Source: an uncultured bacterium (GTDB lineage: Bacteria > Zixibacteria > MSB-5A5 > JAABVY01 > JAHJOQ01). Taken from it: a stretch of 64,000 nucleotides of DNA. The position numbers and the translations under genes were made by a program. Of the stretch, positions 8,029-17,855 are shown piece after piece (the stretch's first letter is position 1; every line of letters begins with the position of its first letter). Location of the stretch: positions 1 through 64,000 of the forward strand of contig CBDUQR010000008.1 of NCBI GenBank assembly GCA_965369655.1, written 5' to 3'. The notes under the pieces are model-generated. The model had not been told where the DNA came from. It saw nothing but the letters and a program-made list of their open reading frames with translations, and did no database searches.

Positions 8029-8045
8029 AAGCAAGCCGCATGCCA
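8029..8045 (-). promoter_or_regulatory. Sigma54 (-24/-12) promoter
   Basis: TGGCATGCGGCTTGCTT matches the TGGCAC-N5-TTGC consensus with correct GG-N10-GC spacing. Confidence 0.65.
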
Positions 8046-8493
8046 CATAAAGTGACACATCAACGACAGGGACCCTTAGACCAAATTATTAAGATAGCCT
8101 CCTATCCTTCTGATATGACTCACTTTATTTAACACCTTACAGCGACGGTAAGTTCCATGCCGAAGCGCCGAAATATCACTCTGAAACATCCAGTGCAAAC
8201 TTTTTCACATTCTGTGCATGTGTTTATCCAGCTTCGCGGATTTCGTGCTGATGCCAACTGTGGCAGGTGGCTTTCGTAAACCAACATGCCAGATCGTTTC
8301 AGGAGCGTCGCGTCTATCAGGCCTGATTCACGCGGGCAAAACATTCACCTCATCAATCTCAATGCCGATAATGATAAAAGCCTACTACACTGGCGCCGAT
8401 GGCCGGGATTAAGGTTCGGAACACGTAACAACCGCTGCCCGCGGGTCGTCGCAGTAGTATACGCATTCCGAGAGATTGCTTGAGGTGATGGAG

Positions 8494-9633
8494 ATGCAGC
8501 TTGAAACTCAGCGCGGACCGGAAGCAACCCGGATGCAGTCTGTAGAATCCGATGCTTTCGCAGCGGCTCCTCTGGCGATGCTCATCACAGACAGCTCGTT
8601 CCGAATCATAACAACCAACAAGGCAGCGATTCGTCTTCTCTCGCGAGATGATTCCGATCTGTCGGAACGTTCCATATTCGATTACTGTATTCCGGAGGAC
8701 AGCTCGCTTGAAATCGATTCATGCGCGGAATCGCTGAGAAGCAGACGGTACGGCAGATTCCTCCCTGCTGCGGAGTCATCAGATGAGGTGCGAGTCAATC
8801 AGCCAATTGACATCTCAATTACAGACCTAAACGATGACAAGTATCTGCTAGTGTGCGAACAAGCTGCAAACACGGACAGAGAAAGCCCGAACATCGTAGA
8901 ACTTGACCGTATGTTGACTCGGGGAGAGATGGCCGGAGAGATCGCACACGAAATGAACAACTATCTGACAATACTCCTCGGTAATGTCGAGATCATTCCG
9001 ATTTTCTGCGAGAAGAAGAACTGCGATGTCACTCTGAAGAAAATCGGCCTGATGAAGGAAACGCTAAATAAGATCGGCTCTCTTTCCGAGAAGCTCGCGG
9101 CGTATGGCAAATCGCAGAAGGAATCGATCATCGCCGACATCAGCGGCCACATACAGGACATAATCGATTTCTTCACCCCGCAGAACAGATTTGATGGAAT
9201 ACGAATCGAGACGGATTATGATGACGGTCTCCTCCCCATTCGCGGCGACATCGGCAAAATGCAGCAGGCAGTCGGAAATCTTCTTCACAACGCTGCTGAC
9301 GAAGTGAGCGCTTCGGGCGTTGAAAACCCGACAGTCACGGTAACGACACGACTCTCGGATGATAGCAGCCATGTGATGATCTCAGTTTCCGACAACGGTC
9401 GAGGCATTCCGGAGCAAATCAAGCCTCTGCTGTTCAACAGACGAGTCTCGATGAAGGAGTCGGGTGAAGGCTACGGACTTCTTACCGTGAAGGAAATTAT
9501 CGACTCACACGCGGGCAGGATCACTTTTAAGGAGAACAAATCCGGTGGCTCGACATTCACCATCATGCTGCCGGCAACAACTCCATCAGAGCCAGCCTTA
9601 CCCGAAATCGACCTCGGAGACTTACTTCAATAA
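8494..9633 (+). CDS. PAS-domain sensor histidine kinase
   Basis: H-box IAHEMNNYL, N-box NLLHNAAD, G1 DNGRGI, G2 GEGYGL. GAGGTG RBS; exact start uncertain (8476-8494). Confidence 0.9.
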   Translation: MQLETQRGPEATRMQSVESDAFAAAPLAMLITDSSFRIITTNKAAIRLLSRDDSDLSERSIFDYCIPEDSSLEIDSCAESLRSRRYGRFLPAAESSDEVRVNQPIDISITDLNDDKYLLVCEQAANTDRESPNIVELDRMLTRGEMAGEIAHEMNNYLTILLGNVEIIPIFCEKKNCDVTLKKIGLMKETLNKIGSLSEKLAAYGKSQKESIIADISGHIQDIIDFFTPQNRFDGIRIETDYDDGLLPIRGDIGKMQQAVGNLLHNAADEVSASGVENPTVTVTTRLSDDSSHVMISVSDNGRGIPEQIKPLLFNRRVSMKESGEGYGLLTVKEIIDSHAGRITFKENKSGGSTFTIMLPATTPSEPALPEIDLGDLLQ

Positions 9634-10850
9634 TCACATGGCGGGGGGCCGCCTCCGAAAATGTACTCTATCAAATATACAACATCATCGATATCAACGT
9701 TGTCACTACAATCAACATCGCCCGACAATCCACTGCACGCCGGCTCGTCACCGCCGCCGAATATGTAGTTGATCAAATATACCACATCGTCGATATCTAC
9801 GCCGCCGGAACCATCGGCGTCGCCTCGAGCGTATTCACACGGTGGCCCGATGTGACGCACCGCGGCTACCTGAGCGCCATCGCCTACCGGGAATGTCCTG
9901 ATGATCGTCCCGGCGCTGTCGAGTTCGGTCACGGAGTCATCGGCGAAGTTCAACGAGAATACAGTCGAGTCGGAAGCTATCGTGACCGACATCACGCCCC
10001 CGTCGGTCAGTATCGGGTTCGATGGTCCCCGCAGAACATCGTACGATTCAGCATCGAAAGTCAGCACATGCCCCGGGCTTCCGGGCTGCCACCAGCCCTC
10101 GCCCGCAGCGAGGAATCCGATATTGTCGGGCAATATCTCGATATCGGTCGGGTCACCGCCGATGAGGATTGAGTCGAGCACGACCATCTGGTCCGGGTCG
10201 AGCACATACACCGAACCGGTGCCATCGTATTCCCCGGTGCACACGACATAAAGATCGCCATTCGGTCCGAACGTCAGATCGCTCGGATTCTCGCCGACCT
10301 GAACCGGAGCGAGTGTTGAGTCTCCCCTGTTGTCCCATGCCGCCACGAAACCATGATCGTAGCTCGTATCCTGCCAAACGAATGACACGGTCGTGATAAA
10401 GCTCGTGTCACCTCTCACCACGATGCCCTGCGGGTTTTCTCCGCTGATCGGCGACTCGCTGATAATCTCACCCGCTGAAGTGAATTTCGAGATCGTGCCG
10501 GTCAGCCAGTTTGTTACGAGAAATGTATCAGGCGCAATCTGTGCCATCTTCCACGGATTCCTGTTGGCGCCGAGAAATATCTCCCGCACTACCTGTCGGT
10601 CGATGAGATCATACATGTAAATATCCGATGTGCCCGAGTTGACGATGTACGCCGTGTCGCGCACGATCAGAATATCATTCGGCCACAGACCGAGTGTCAG
10701 GATGTCGTTTGAGACCTGCTCGGTTTCGAGATCGACCATGCTGAGCGTCTCGGCTGAGCCATTGATTACATAAAGTTCGTCTGATTTCAGCGTTGCCGAC
10801 AGCGATACCACAGCAAGGATCATGGTTGTAAATACTGCGATGCGTAACAT
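9627..10850 (-). CDS. Secreted YncE/BtuG-like beta-propeller with C-terminal dockerin
   Basis: Signal peptide; YVTN-like repeats; dockerin RGDADGSGGVDIDDVVYLINYIFGGG; lies downstream of the B12-regulated receptor. Confidence 0.8.
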   Translation of the reverse strand: MLRIAVFTTMILAVVSLSATLKSDELYVINGSAETLSMVDLETEQVSNDILTLGLWPNDILIVRDTAYIVNSGTSDIYMYDLIDRQVVREIFLGANRNPWKMAQIAPDTFLVTNWLTGTISKFTSAGEIISESPISGENPQGIVVRGDTSFITTVSFVWQDTSYDHGFVAAWDNRGDSTLAPVQVGENPSDLTFGPNGDLYVVCTGEYDGTGSVYVLDPDQMVVLDSILIGGDPTDIEILPDNIGFLAAGEGWWQPGSPGHVLTFDAESYDVLRGPSNPILTDGGVMSVTIASDSTVFSLNFADDSVTELDSAGTIIRTFPVGDGAQVAAVRHIGPPCEYARGDADGSGGVDIDDVVYLINYIFGGGDEPACSGLSGDVDCSDNVDIDDVVYLIEYIFGGGPPPCDY

Positions 10851-10867
10851 ATCATTACCTCCGGTTG

Positions 10868-13111
10868 TTATGCGCCAAACGGAACGGTCATCCTGAGCCT
10901 AATGGACCAGAGCCGCACTGGCAGCGGGTATCTCTCGATTAACATATATTCCGTGCCTGTCGAATTGTCGATTGTGTATTGCAGCCTGAATCTGAACCAC
11001 TTGATATGATACTTGAGCGCGGCTCTGAAATCTGCGACAGTGTAACCGTCGAGCCACTTGGAGTTCGCCTCCCGGATAAATCTCTTCGAGACGCTGCGTA
11101 TCCGGTAGCTGCAATCGATCAGGCTGCTCTCGTATCTGATCGTGAAATCCTGAATGAACCGTGGACGATACATCAATTGCTTGTCGTGCGTTGTGCGTTC
11201 AAATGAACGATCTTTCGATATCTGGTCGGTGTTGGAGTAGCTTGCTGTCAGATTCAATGGATCGAGACGCCACATGATATTCATCGTGCGCGTGACGACC
11301 AGCGCGCCGCTCAGGTTGCGCGGAGTGAATTTGTTGTCGTTCGTCCTCAGCCAGTATATCAAATCCCGATAGACCGAATGAGTGTAGCGCACAGTGGCTT
11401 TCAGTTCACCGAGTATCGGCGCCGATACACTCAGCGCCGCCGATGACTCCTCGAGGCGTTCGGGTCGAAGATCAGGGTTGCCTATTGCGAACACGCCGTC
11501 ATTCCAGAAAAGAGATGTATATAGAGGCGGCCGGAACGACTTGCCGTATGACACCTCACAGCGACTGTCAATCCAGTGCGAGTAATTGATGCCAGTCTGA
11601 ATCGACGGAGAGTAGAGCGGATCGAACAAGCTGCTGTAATCCGCGCGCGCTCTCAAAAGCATGTCCGACGAAAACCGGTTCTTCCCCCCTGAGTCAAAGA
11701 CAGACCTGTCCGCCGAGATCACGAACGCCGCCCTGCGTTCGAGGACATCATCGAACACAGCGCCCGGCCTGATAAAGTTCTCCATCGTGAACGATTCGTG
11801 CCCTCCGGTAGCAGAGACATCAAACCTCGTATCGGAGTCGAGGTGATAACCCGCATCAACCTTTATCTGGTGGAGCCTGTCCGCATACTCGACATCGGTC
11901 TCGAGGTGCCGGAGCGTGTCCCTGTCCCGATATCTCTGATCGTAATCCTTGAAAGAATATCGCGCGTCATAGGTCACTTTCCCGTCGTGTCCATCAATCG
12001 AAGCCGAGAACAAATCGCGCGATTCTTCCTTGCGCGCTTCGGGAGTGAACTGGTCCGGCAGGAAACCCGGAAGACCGTTCTTCTGATCGAATCTCATGTA
12101 TGACAAATGCAGCCAGCCGGGATTCCCGTTGCCGAGTCGGGCCGCAATGCCGCTGTTTCTTCTCGCAATGTCCGCGTTCCTGCGCCTGATCACGCCTTCT
12201 CTTTCATGTTCGTACATGAAATCGTTCTTCGCAGTGAACCGTGAGTATGATGCCGATGCCGATCCAGCGTCTCCGACTCCCACGGTCGCTCTTGCCGAGG
12301 CAGACCCTGCTCCGTGGCTTCCGGCTGAACCATCGAGTTCAAGTTGTGAATCAGCGTACGCCATCGTCGTAAAAATGCTCAACACGCCCCCCACCGCACC
12401 CGCGCCGAACTGCGACGATGAACCTCCCTGCTGAAATTCCACTCTGGACACATTCGATAAGGGTATCGAATTGACATCCGCTACGCCCGTGATCGGCGAG
12501 TTGATCCTGACTCCGTCGAGCAGCACGAGCACTTCCTTCGACGGCCCGCCCCTGACCGAAACTGAAGCCTCACCTGAATTTCCTGCGGTGCTGTTGACGA
12601 TCAGATTCGGAATCTGGTCGAGAATTTCAGCCACTGTGCTCGCAGATTGAAACTCCGGAGACCTGCGATCAATTACGATCTTCCGCGAATCGTTGTGGAG
12701 CTTCGAACCAAGAATCTTCTGCGCCCCAGCATAGTAAAGCAGAGGTTTAAGACACAGATCGCAAGTCGCAGTCCTGTCGATATATACAACGACCGCCACC
12801 TGCGAGTCATAGTATGCCGGAGCGGAGATTTCGATCTCATACGATCCCGGCTTCAGACCATACACCCGGAACGATCCGTTCTCGTCTGTCACTATCGCAT
12901 CCGGAGTCGCGTTGATTCTGATGACACCGTCGGGGACAGGACGATTCGTCTCGCAGTCGGTGAGCCGTCCGCTGATACTCAGGTCCGACTGCCCGGATGC
13001 GACGCCGGACAAGATTGTCAAAATGCAGACCAGAGAGAAAAGCCGCTGCAAAGTCATACTGCTCAGCACAGCGCAGACAATGTGGATGAAAATCGTACTC
13101 GTGACTCTCAC
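10868..13111 (-). CDS. btuB: TonB-dependent receptor, probable cobalamin transporter
   Basis: N-terminal carboxypeptidase-regulatory-like domain; plug SVRGG...VLVLLDG; GNPDLRPE; directly downstream of a cobalamin riboswitch. Confidence 0.8.
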   Translation of the reverse strand: MRVTSTIFIHIVCAVLSSMTLQRLFSLVCILTILSGVASGQSDLSISGRLTDCETNRPVPDGVIRINATPDAIVTDENGSFRVYGLKPGSYEIEISAPAYYDSQVAVVVYIDRTATCDLCLKPLLYYAGAQKILGSKLHNDSRKIVIDRRSPEFQSASTVAEILDQIPNLIVNSTAGNSGEASVSVRGGPSKEVLVLLDGVRINSPITGVADVNSIPLSNVSRVEFQQGGSSSQFGAGAVGGVLSIFTTMAYADSQLELDGSAGSHGAGSASARATVGVGDAGSASASYSRFTAKNDFMYEHEREGVIRRRNADIARRNSGIAARLGNGNPGWLHLSYMRFDQKNGLPGFLPDQFTPEARKEESRDLFSASIDGHDGKVTYDARYSFKDYDQRYRDRDTLRHLETDVEYADRLHQIKVDAGYHLDSDTRFDVSATGGHESFTMENFIRPGAVFDDVLERRAAFVISADRSVFDSGGKNRFSSDMLLRARADYSSLFDPLYSPSIQTGINYSHWIDSRCEVSYGKSFRPPLYTSLFWNDGVFAIGNPDLRPERLEESSAALSVSAPILGELKATVRYTHSVYRDLIYWLRTNDNKFTPRNLSGALVVTRTMNIMWRLDPLNLTASYSNTDQISKDRSFERTTHDKQLMYRPRFIQDFTIRYESSLIDCSYRIRSVSKRFIREANSKWLDGYTVADFRAALKYHIKWFRFRLQYTIDNSTGTEYMLIERYPLPVRLWSIRLRMTVPFGA

Positions 13112-13145
13112 CCCCGCCCGCGCAAGGATAAGGTTCAGGTCAGGT

Positions 13146-13308
13146 CCGGCAGGTCTCCTGGCTCACGGGTCATCCTACTCGCAGGCGCCTTCCCACCCGA
13201 GGGCAGTGGCATTCGATATTACGTGCCTGCTTTCGTCGCCGATTACAGTAGCGGGGCTGCGGTGGCATCTCACCACCTTCCCTATTAAGCGCTCTGCACC
13301 GAACCGAT
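13146..13308 (-). promoter_or_regulatory. Cobalamin riboswitch
   Basis: Minus strand reads AATAGGGAAGGTGGTG...GCCCCGCTACTGTAA...GCCACTG...GGGAAGG...GAGCCAGGAGACCTGCC (B12 box). Confidence 0.93.
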
Positions 13309-13349
13309 TTCAGAAAGCAATAAAACTGGGGATCAGTCGAGTGTCAACA

Positions 13350-14405
13350 TCAATCTTCGGTTGGGTCCTGATGGCTCGCCAGTTGTCCGCATGCGGCGAG
13401 TATATCTGCGCCTCTCGACTTGCGAAAAGTGACAGCCGGGCATCGGGGATACAGGTAGTCGGTAAAGCGGATAACGCTCTCCTCTGACGGTCGCCGAAAT
13501 GCAGGAGGAAGACCCGGCGCAGAGTTGTATGCGAGCAGATTGATCTTGCATGGCAGATCATGTATGAACCGCACGAGATCTTTGGCACATTCGAGCGTGT
13601 CGTTGATACCGCCGATCAGGCAGTATTCTATCGTCAGGCGTTTGCCGGTAGTATCGGCATAGTGTTTCATCGCGGCGCGCAGCTCGGACAGCGGATATTT
13701 CTTATTGATCGGAACAAGCTTTGACCGAAGATCATCATTGGCCGCGTGAAGCGATACGGCCAGCATCGTTTTCAAGCCGGAATCAGCGAGGCGATATATC
13801 CCCGGCACAATTCCGACCGTCGAGAATGTGATCCTCTTCTGTGCGATGCCGAGGCCATGGTCGGACATCAGGAGTTCCGCCCCCGCGACAACATTGTCGT
13901 AGTTCAGAAACGGCTCCCCCATACCCATGAATACGATATTCTGGAAATCATCATCGCCCGACAGGACCGACTTGACCGAATAGACCTGCTCCGCAATCTC
14001 TCCGGGCGTAAGATCGCGCTGCAGTTTCATCGTCCCGGTCAGGCAGAACGTGCACGCCAGCGGGCACCCGACCTGACTCGAAACACATATTGTACTCCTG
14101 CTCGATCCGGGAATCCAGACAGTCTCGATCATTGCGCCGTCAGCGAGCCGCAACAGCAGCTTGCGTGTTCTGTCGATCTCGGATGATGTCGTACTGACTA
14201 TCTCGGCGCGAGATACATAATATCCGGCGGAAAGAACCTCACGGAATTCTCTCGACAGACTGGTCATCCCGGAGAACTCGGTCGCATTGTGCCTGTGAAT
14301 CCATTGAAATAGTTGCCGACCCGGATACTTCCTTTCGACAAGTTCATCCGACAGGTTTTCAAGCTCTATAAGGCTGAAATTCTTCAGATCAATTTTCGAC
14401 CGCAT
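13350..14405 (-). CDS. rlmN: Radical SAM rRNA/tRNA methyltransferase RlmN
   Basis: CVSSQVGCPLACTFC, MGMGEP, SLHA, AACGQL. ATG at 14405 overlaps the der stop (TGATG). Confidence 0.95.
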   Translation of the reverse strand: MRSKIDLKNFSLIELENLSDELVERKYPGRQLFQWIHRHNATEFSGMTSLSREFREVLSAGYYVSRAEIVSTTSSEIDRTRKLLLRLADGAMIETVWIPGSSRSTICVSSQVGCPLACTFCLTGTMKLQRDLTPGEIAEQVYSVKSVLSGDDDFQNIVFMGMGEPFLNYDNVVAGAELLMSDHGLGIAQKRITFSTVGIVPGIYRLADSGLKTMLAVSLHAANDDLRSKLVPINKKYPLSELRAAMKHYADTTGKRLTIEYCLIGGINDTLECAKDLVRFIHDLPCKINLLAYNSAPGLPPAFRRPSEESVIRFTDYLYPRCPAVTFRKSRGADILAACGQLASHQDPTED

Positions 14406-15730
14406 CAGTTCCTCACGCCCCGCGCTTTTACTTTGATCCTGATCGGCACGCCCTCGAAATCCCAGGTCGCCCGCAGGCGATTCTCGATATACCTGAGATA
14501 CTGTCTCTGCAAGAGTTTCGGGTAGTTGCAGAAAAACACGAACGTCGGAGGACAAACCTCAGACTGCGTCACGTAGAAAAACTTTATGTGCTTGCCGCGC
14601 ACCGCCGCCGGATGCTGCCTGTTGACAGTCTCCTCGATGAACCGATTCAACTCTGAAGTCTGGATTCGATAGTTCTGACGGTCATTGATTTTCTTGCAGA
14701 GCTTCAGGACATTGACTCCGCGCTGACCGGTTGTTGCGGACATGAAGATCATCGGCAAGTATGACAACGTTGGGATTTTCCCTCGTATCGACTCCTCGTA
14801 AATCCGAGACGTGTTCGTCTCTTTGTCCTCGATAAGATCCCACTTGTTGATCGCAAGCAACGCCCCCGTCCTGAACGACATCACTTCTTCAAGCACCTGG
14901 ATATCCTGATGCAACAGGCCTTCGTGCGCCTCGATCAGGATGACCGCGATGTCGCATCGTTCGACGCTCTTCAGGGTCCGAAGCGTAGTGTAGAACTCGA
15001 TGTTCTCTTTGATCTTTGATTTTCTCCTGAGCCCCGCCGTATCTATGAGGATAAACTTCTCCCCCTCGAATTCGATCTGAGTATCTATCGAATCCCTCGT
15101 CGTTCCTGGAATGTCAGTGACAATCTGTCGCTGTTTCCCGCTGAGGAAATTCACAAGCGATGATTTGCCGACGTTGGGCCGCCCTACTACCGCAATTTTC
15201 AGCATGTCGCTTTCGGGAAGCTCTTCGCCCTCAGGCAGGCGCTCGACGATCAGGTCGAGCATATCCCCTGTGTTATAACCTGATATGGCTGCGATGTCGA
15301 TCGGTTCTCCGAGTCCTAACGAGAAGAACCGATTCGTCTCGAGCTGGTATGTCTCGTTGTCAGCTTTGTTGGCAACCACAAGCACCGGCGTTTTCGATCT
15401 CTGGAGCCTCCGGGCGATGTCATCATCGAGATCAGTCGCGCCGACCCTGGAATCGACCATGAACAGCACAAGATCAGCCTCGTCGATAGCGATCTCAGCC
15501 TGCTCACGGACGAGTTGGTTGATGAGATCATCGCTGTCGGGAATGAATCCACCCGTATCGATGAGATAGAATTCCCTGCCCGCCCAGTCTGCACGGCCAA
15601 ATAAGCGGTCGCGCGTTACGCCGGGCTGATCATCGACAACCGCGACTCGCTGTCGCAGGATGCGATTGAACAGGGTCGACTTTCCTACATTCGGTCGACC
15701 TATGATTGCCACGACAGGAAGACGGTTCAA
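14405..15730 (-). CDS. der: Ribosome biogenesis GTPase Der/EngA
   Basis: Two GRPNVGKS GTPase domains plus a KH-like C-terminus. Confidence 0.97.
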   Translation of the reverse strand: MNRLPVVAIIGRPNVGKSTLFNRILRQRVAVVDDQPGVTRDRLFGRADWAGREFYLIDTGGFIPDSDDLINQLVREQAEIAIDEADLVLFMVDSRVGATDLDDDIARRLQRSKTPVLVVANKADNETYQLETNRFFSLGLGEPIDIAAISGYNTGDMLDLIVERLPEGEELPESDMLKIAVVGRPNVGKSSLVNFLSGKQRQIVTDIPGTTRDSIDTQIEFEGEKFILIDTAGLRRKSKIKENIEFYTTLRTLKSVERCDIAVILIEAHEGLLHQDIQVLEEVMSFRTGALLAINKWDLIEDKETNTSRIYEESIRGKIPTLSYLPMIFMSATTGQRGVNVLKLCKKINDRQNYRIQTSELNRFIEETVNRQHPAAVRGKHIKFFYVTQSEVCPPTFVFFCNYPKLLQRQYLRYIENRLRATWDFEGVPIRIKVKARGVRN

Positions 15731-17028
15731 TTCGACAACTCCTCCATGATCCTGATGAGTGTCTCGCGAGGAGAATATGACGCCTGGACAACAGGGCGAT
15801 CCAGTTCCCTCGACATATCGTTCAGAGCCAGATCATCCAGAAACAAACCATCATCGTTCAGACAATCCGGCGGTACTACCACGCAGTCTCCGATTCGATC
15901 CAGCCCTCTTGCGGCATCGATCATATCCGTTCCGCACAACAATCCAGAAACCGAAACAGTACGCCCCAGGAATTCGTTCTGAACAGGCACAACCTCGCAA
16001 CTGAGACTGCCGACAGTCGCCCACTTCTCGGCAAGAGTTGAATCGAGAATATCCGAAACCATGCGACCCGTCAGCACGGTGAGACTCAGATCGCCATCGA
16101 TGGATATATCGCCCGCCGTGTCCGAGTCGAGCAACTGCCTGACCATCCCCACTCCATTCTCAACCTGTGGGAAATCATCGTAGAATGAACTCGGCGGTAT
16201 CTGCTCACCCACGAGTATGAAGAACTCGTCCGCAGGATAGACAAAACGGCTCGCCAGAGATTCAGCAAGGGATTCTCCCTTTCTCATCAGATACGACAGG
16301 ACCTCGCGCGCCAGATCGGGAGTCACCGGATCGATGCGGGGAAGTTTCGATCTGTGCCTCGTCAGGCCGACAGGCACAACAGCTATCGACGCGACATTCG
16401 GACAGAGATCGGCGAGATCATCAATGGTCCGCTCGAGTTGCGCGCCATCGTTCCAGCCGGGGCATAACACAATCTGCGTGTGAAGCTCGATCCCGGACTC
16501 GACAAGTCGCCTGAGCTGCGGCATCAGATCGGGAATCTTGTCGTTGCTGAGCAGTCGGCGCCGGAGTTCCTCGTTCGTGGTGTGAACTGAAACATAGAGT
16601 GGCGACAGTCTCTGGGATTCGATCCTCTCGAAATCCGATTCGCTAAGATTTGTCAGCGTGATGTAGTTGCCATGGCTGAACGACAATCGATAGTCCTCAT
16701 CTTTGATGTAGAGCGATCTTCTGAGACCCTTCGGAAGCTGGTGTATGAAACAGAACACACACTTATTCCCGCAGGTTTTAACCCTGTCCGGCTCGAACTC
16801 AAGCTCAAGACCGAGCAGGTCCTCAAAACCGATTTCGAGTTCGATCTGTTCGCCATCGGACGTTTCTATCAGCAGGATCAAGTCTTCTTCTGTCGACAGA
16901 AATTCGTAGTCGAGCAGATCGCTGACCTGACGGCCATTCACGGCCAGCAGTTTGGATCCTTCGCCGATACCGAGGTCCCGCAGCATCGGATCATCGGATG
17001 TCGATTTGATTGTCAGCATATCCTGCAT
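15727..17028 (-). CDS. DUF512 radical-SAM-like Fe-S protein with PDZ-like N-terminus
   Basis: CGNKCVFCFIHQLPKGLRRSLYIKDEDYRLSF; QVENGVG. Confidence 0.9.
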   Translation of the reverse strand: MQDMLTIKSTSDDPMLRDLGIGEGSKLLAVNGRQVSDLLDYEFLSTEEDLILLIETSDGEQIELEIGFEDLLGLELEFEPDRVKTCGNKCVFCFIHQLPKGLRRSLYIKDEDYRLSFSHGNYITLTNLSESDFERIESQRLSPLYVSVHTTNEELRRRLLSNDKIPDLMPQLRRLVESGIELHTQIVLCPGWNDGAQLERTIDDLADLCPNVASIAVVPVGLTRHRSKLPRIDPVTPDLAREVLSYLMRKGESLAESLASRFVYPADEFFILVGEQIPPSSFYDDFPQVENGVGMVRQLLDSDTAGDISIDGDLSLTVLTGRMVSDILDSTLAEKWATVGSLSCEVVPVQNEFLGRTVSVSGLLCGTDMIDAARGLDRIGDCVVVPPDCLNDDGLFLDDLALNDMSRELDRPVVQASYSPRETLIRIMEELSN

Positions 17029-17313
17029 TCACAACTCACTCAAAGCCATACCGAAAACATTGCACGGAATATACGGCGACAGGGCTGTGAAACAAATACA
17101 TTCCGGGATCGCCCAGCCTCTCATAGCCTGACCGATCGGAATCTGAAGAGTAGATGTTCCGATAAGCACCGGCAAACCTGTGGTAGAATGCTGTTCTCAA
17201 CCGCACACTGATAACCACTGGAAGATACAGTCATCCGCTATCACATGATGTGTGAGACGAGCGAGATTGGTGCTTGACTTCCCGAAATGTTTCGAGCAAA
17301 TTACTGCCCGAGT

Positions 17314-17385
17314 GCACCGGTAATTCAGTGGTAGAATGCAAGCTTCCCAAGCTTGACGTCGCGGGTTCGAGTCCCGTCCGGTGCT
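17314..17385 (+). tRNA. tRNA-Gly(CCC)
   Basis: GCACCGG/CCGGTGC acceptor; CAAGC-TTCCCAA-GCTTG anticodon arm; GGTTCGAGTCC T arm; U73; CCA not encoded. Confidence 0.93.
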
Positions 17386-17434
17386 CTTTTCATTATTCAG
17401 ATGACTGGAAGTAATCTGAGGCTATAATATTGTC

Positions 17435-17845
17435 GTAGTCCAGCAGGGCAGGTGTCTCCGACACTTGCTATCTGTTCTGTCAGAAGCGAAGCGCATCTGC
17501 CTTACTCCACTGTCCACCTGCTGTGATACCGGCGAAAGGGCTTGTTGAGAAGCCTCTGTTTTTGCCGAATGCGTGTCAGATTCATTGTTGCGTCGGGTCT
17601 TGATCGCGCGCAGCGCGAGTGTGACCTGACGCATCGCTTGCAGGCCGGCAGGTCATCGGTCGCTGATCCCGTCATTGACCCCGATCTTCGAGGGGATCCT
17701 GAGGGACACGCCTTCGGCGCAAGACCAGCCGGAACGAAGAATGGACCCCGGTTTTCACCGGGGTGACAGTCCTCGGCCGTGTCATTCCGGCGAAAGCCGG
17801 AATCTATCTTCATCGTTGCCATTCCGCAAGGCGAGACCGAAGGCG
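17435..17845. repeat. Cluster of palindromic REP/MITE-like repeats
   Basis: GTCATTCCGGCGAAAGCCGGAATC, CCCCGGTTTTCACCGGGGTGAC and GGGCTTGTTGAGAA (the last is shared with 26465 and 59877). Confidence 0.55.
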
Positions 17846-17855
17846 TGTCTTAAGT

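Noticed and set aside
8147-8163. Second sigma54-like site (CGGCATGGAACTTAC, minus strand)
   Set aside because: Lacks the conserved GC at -12.
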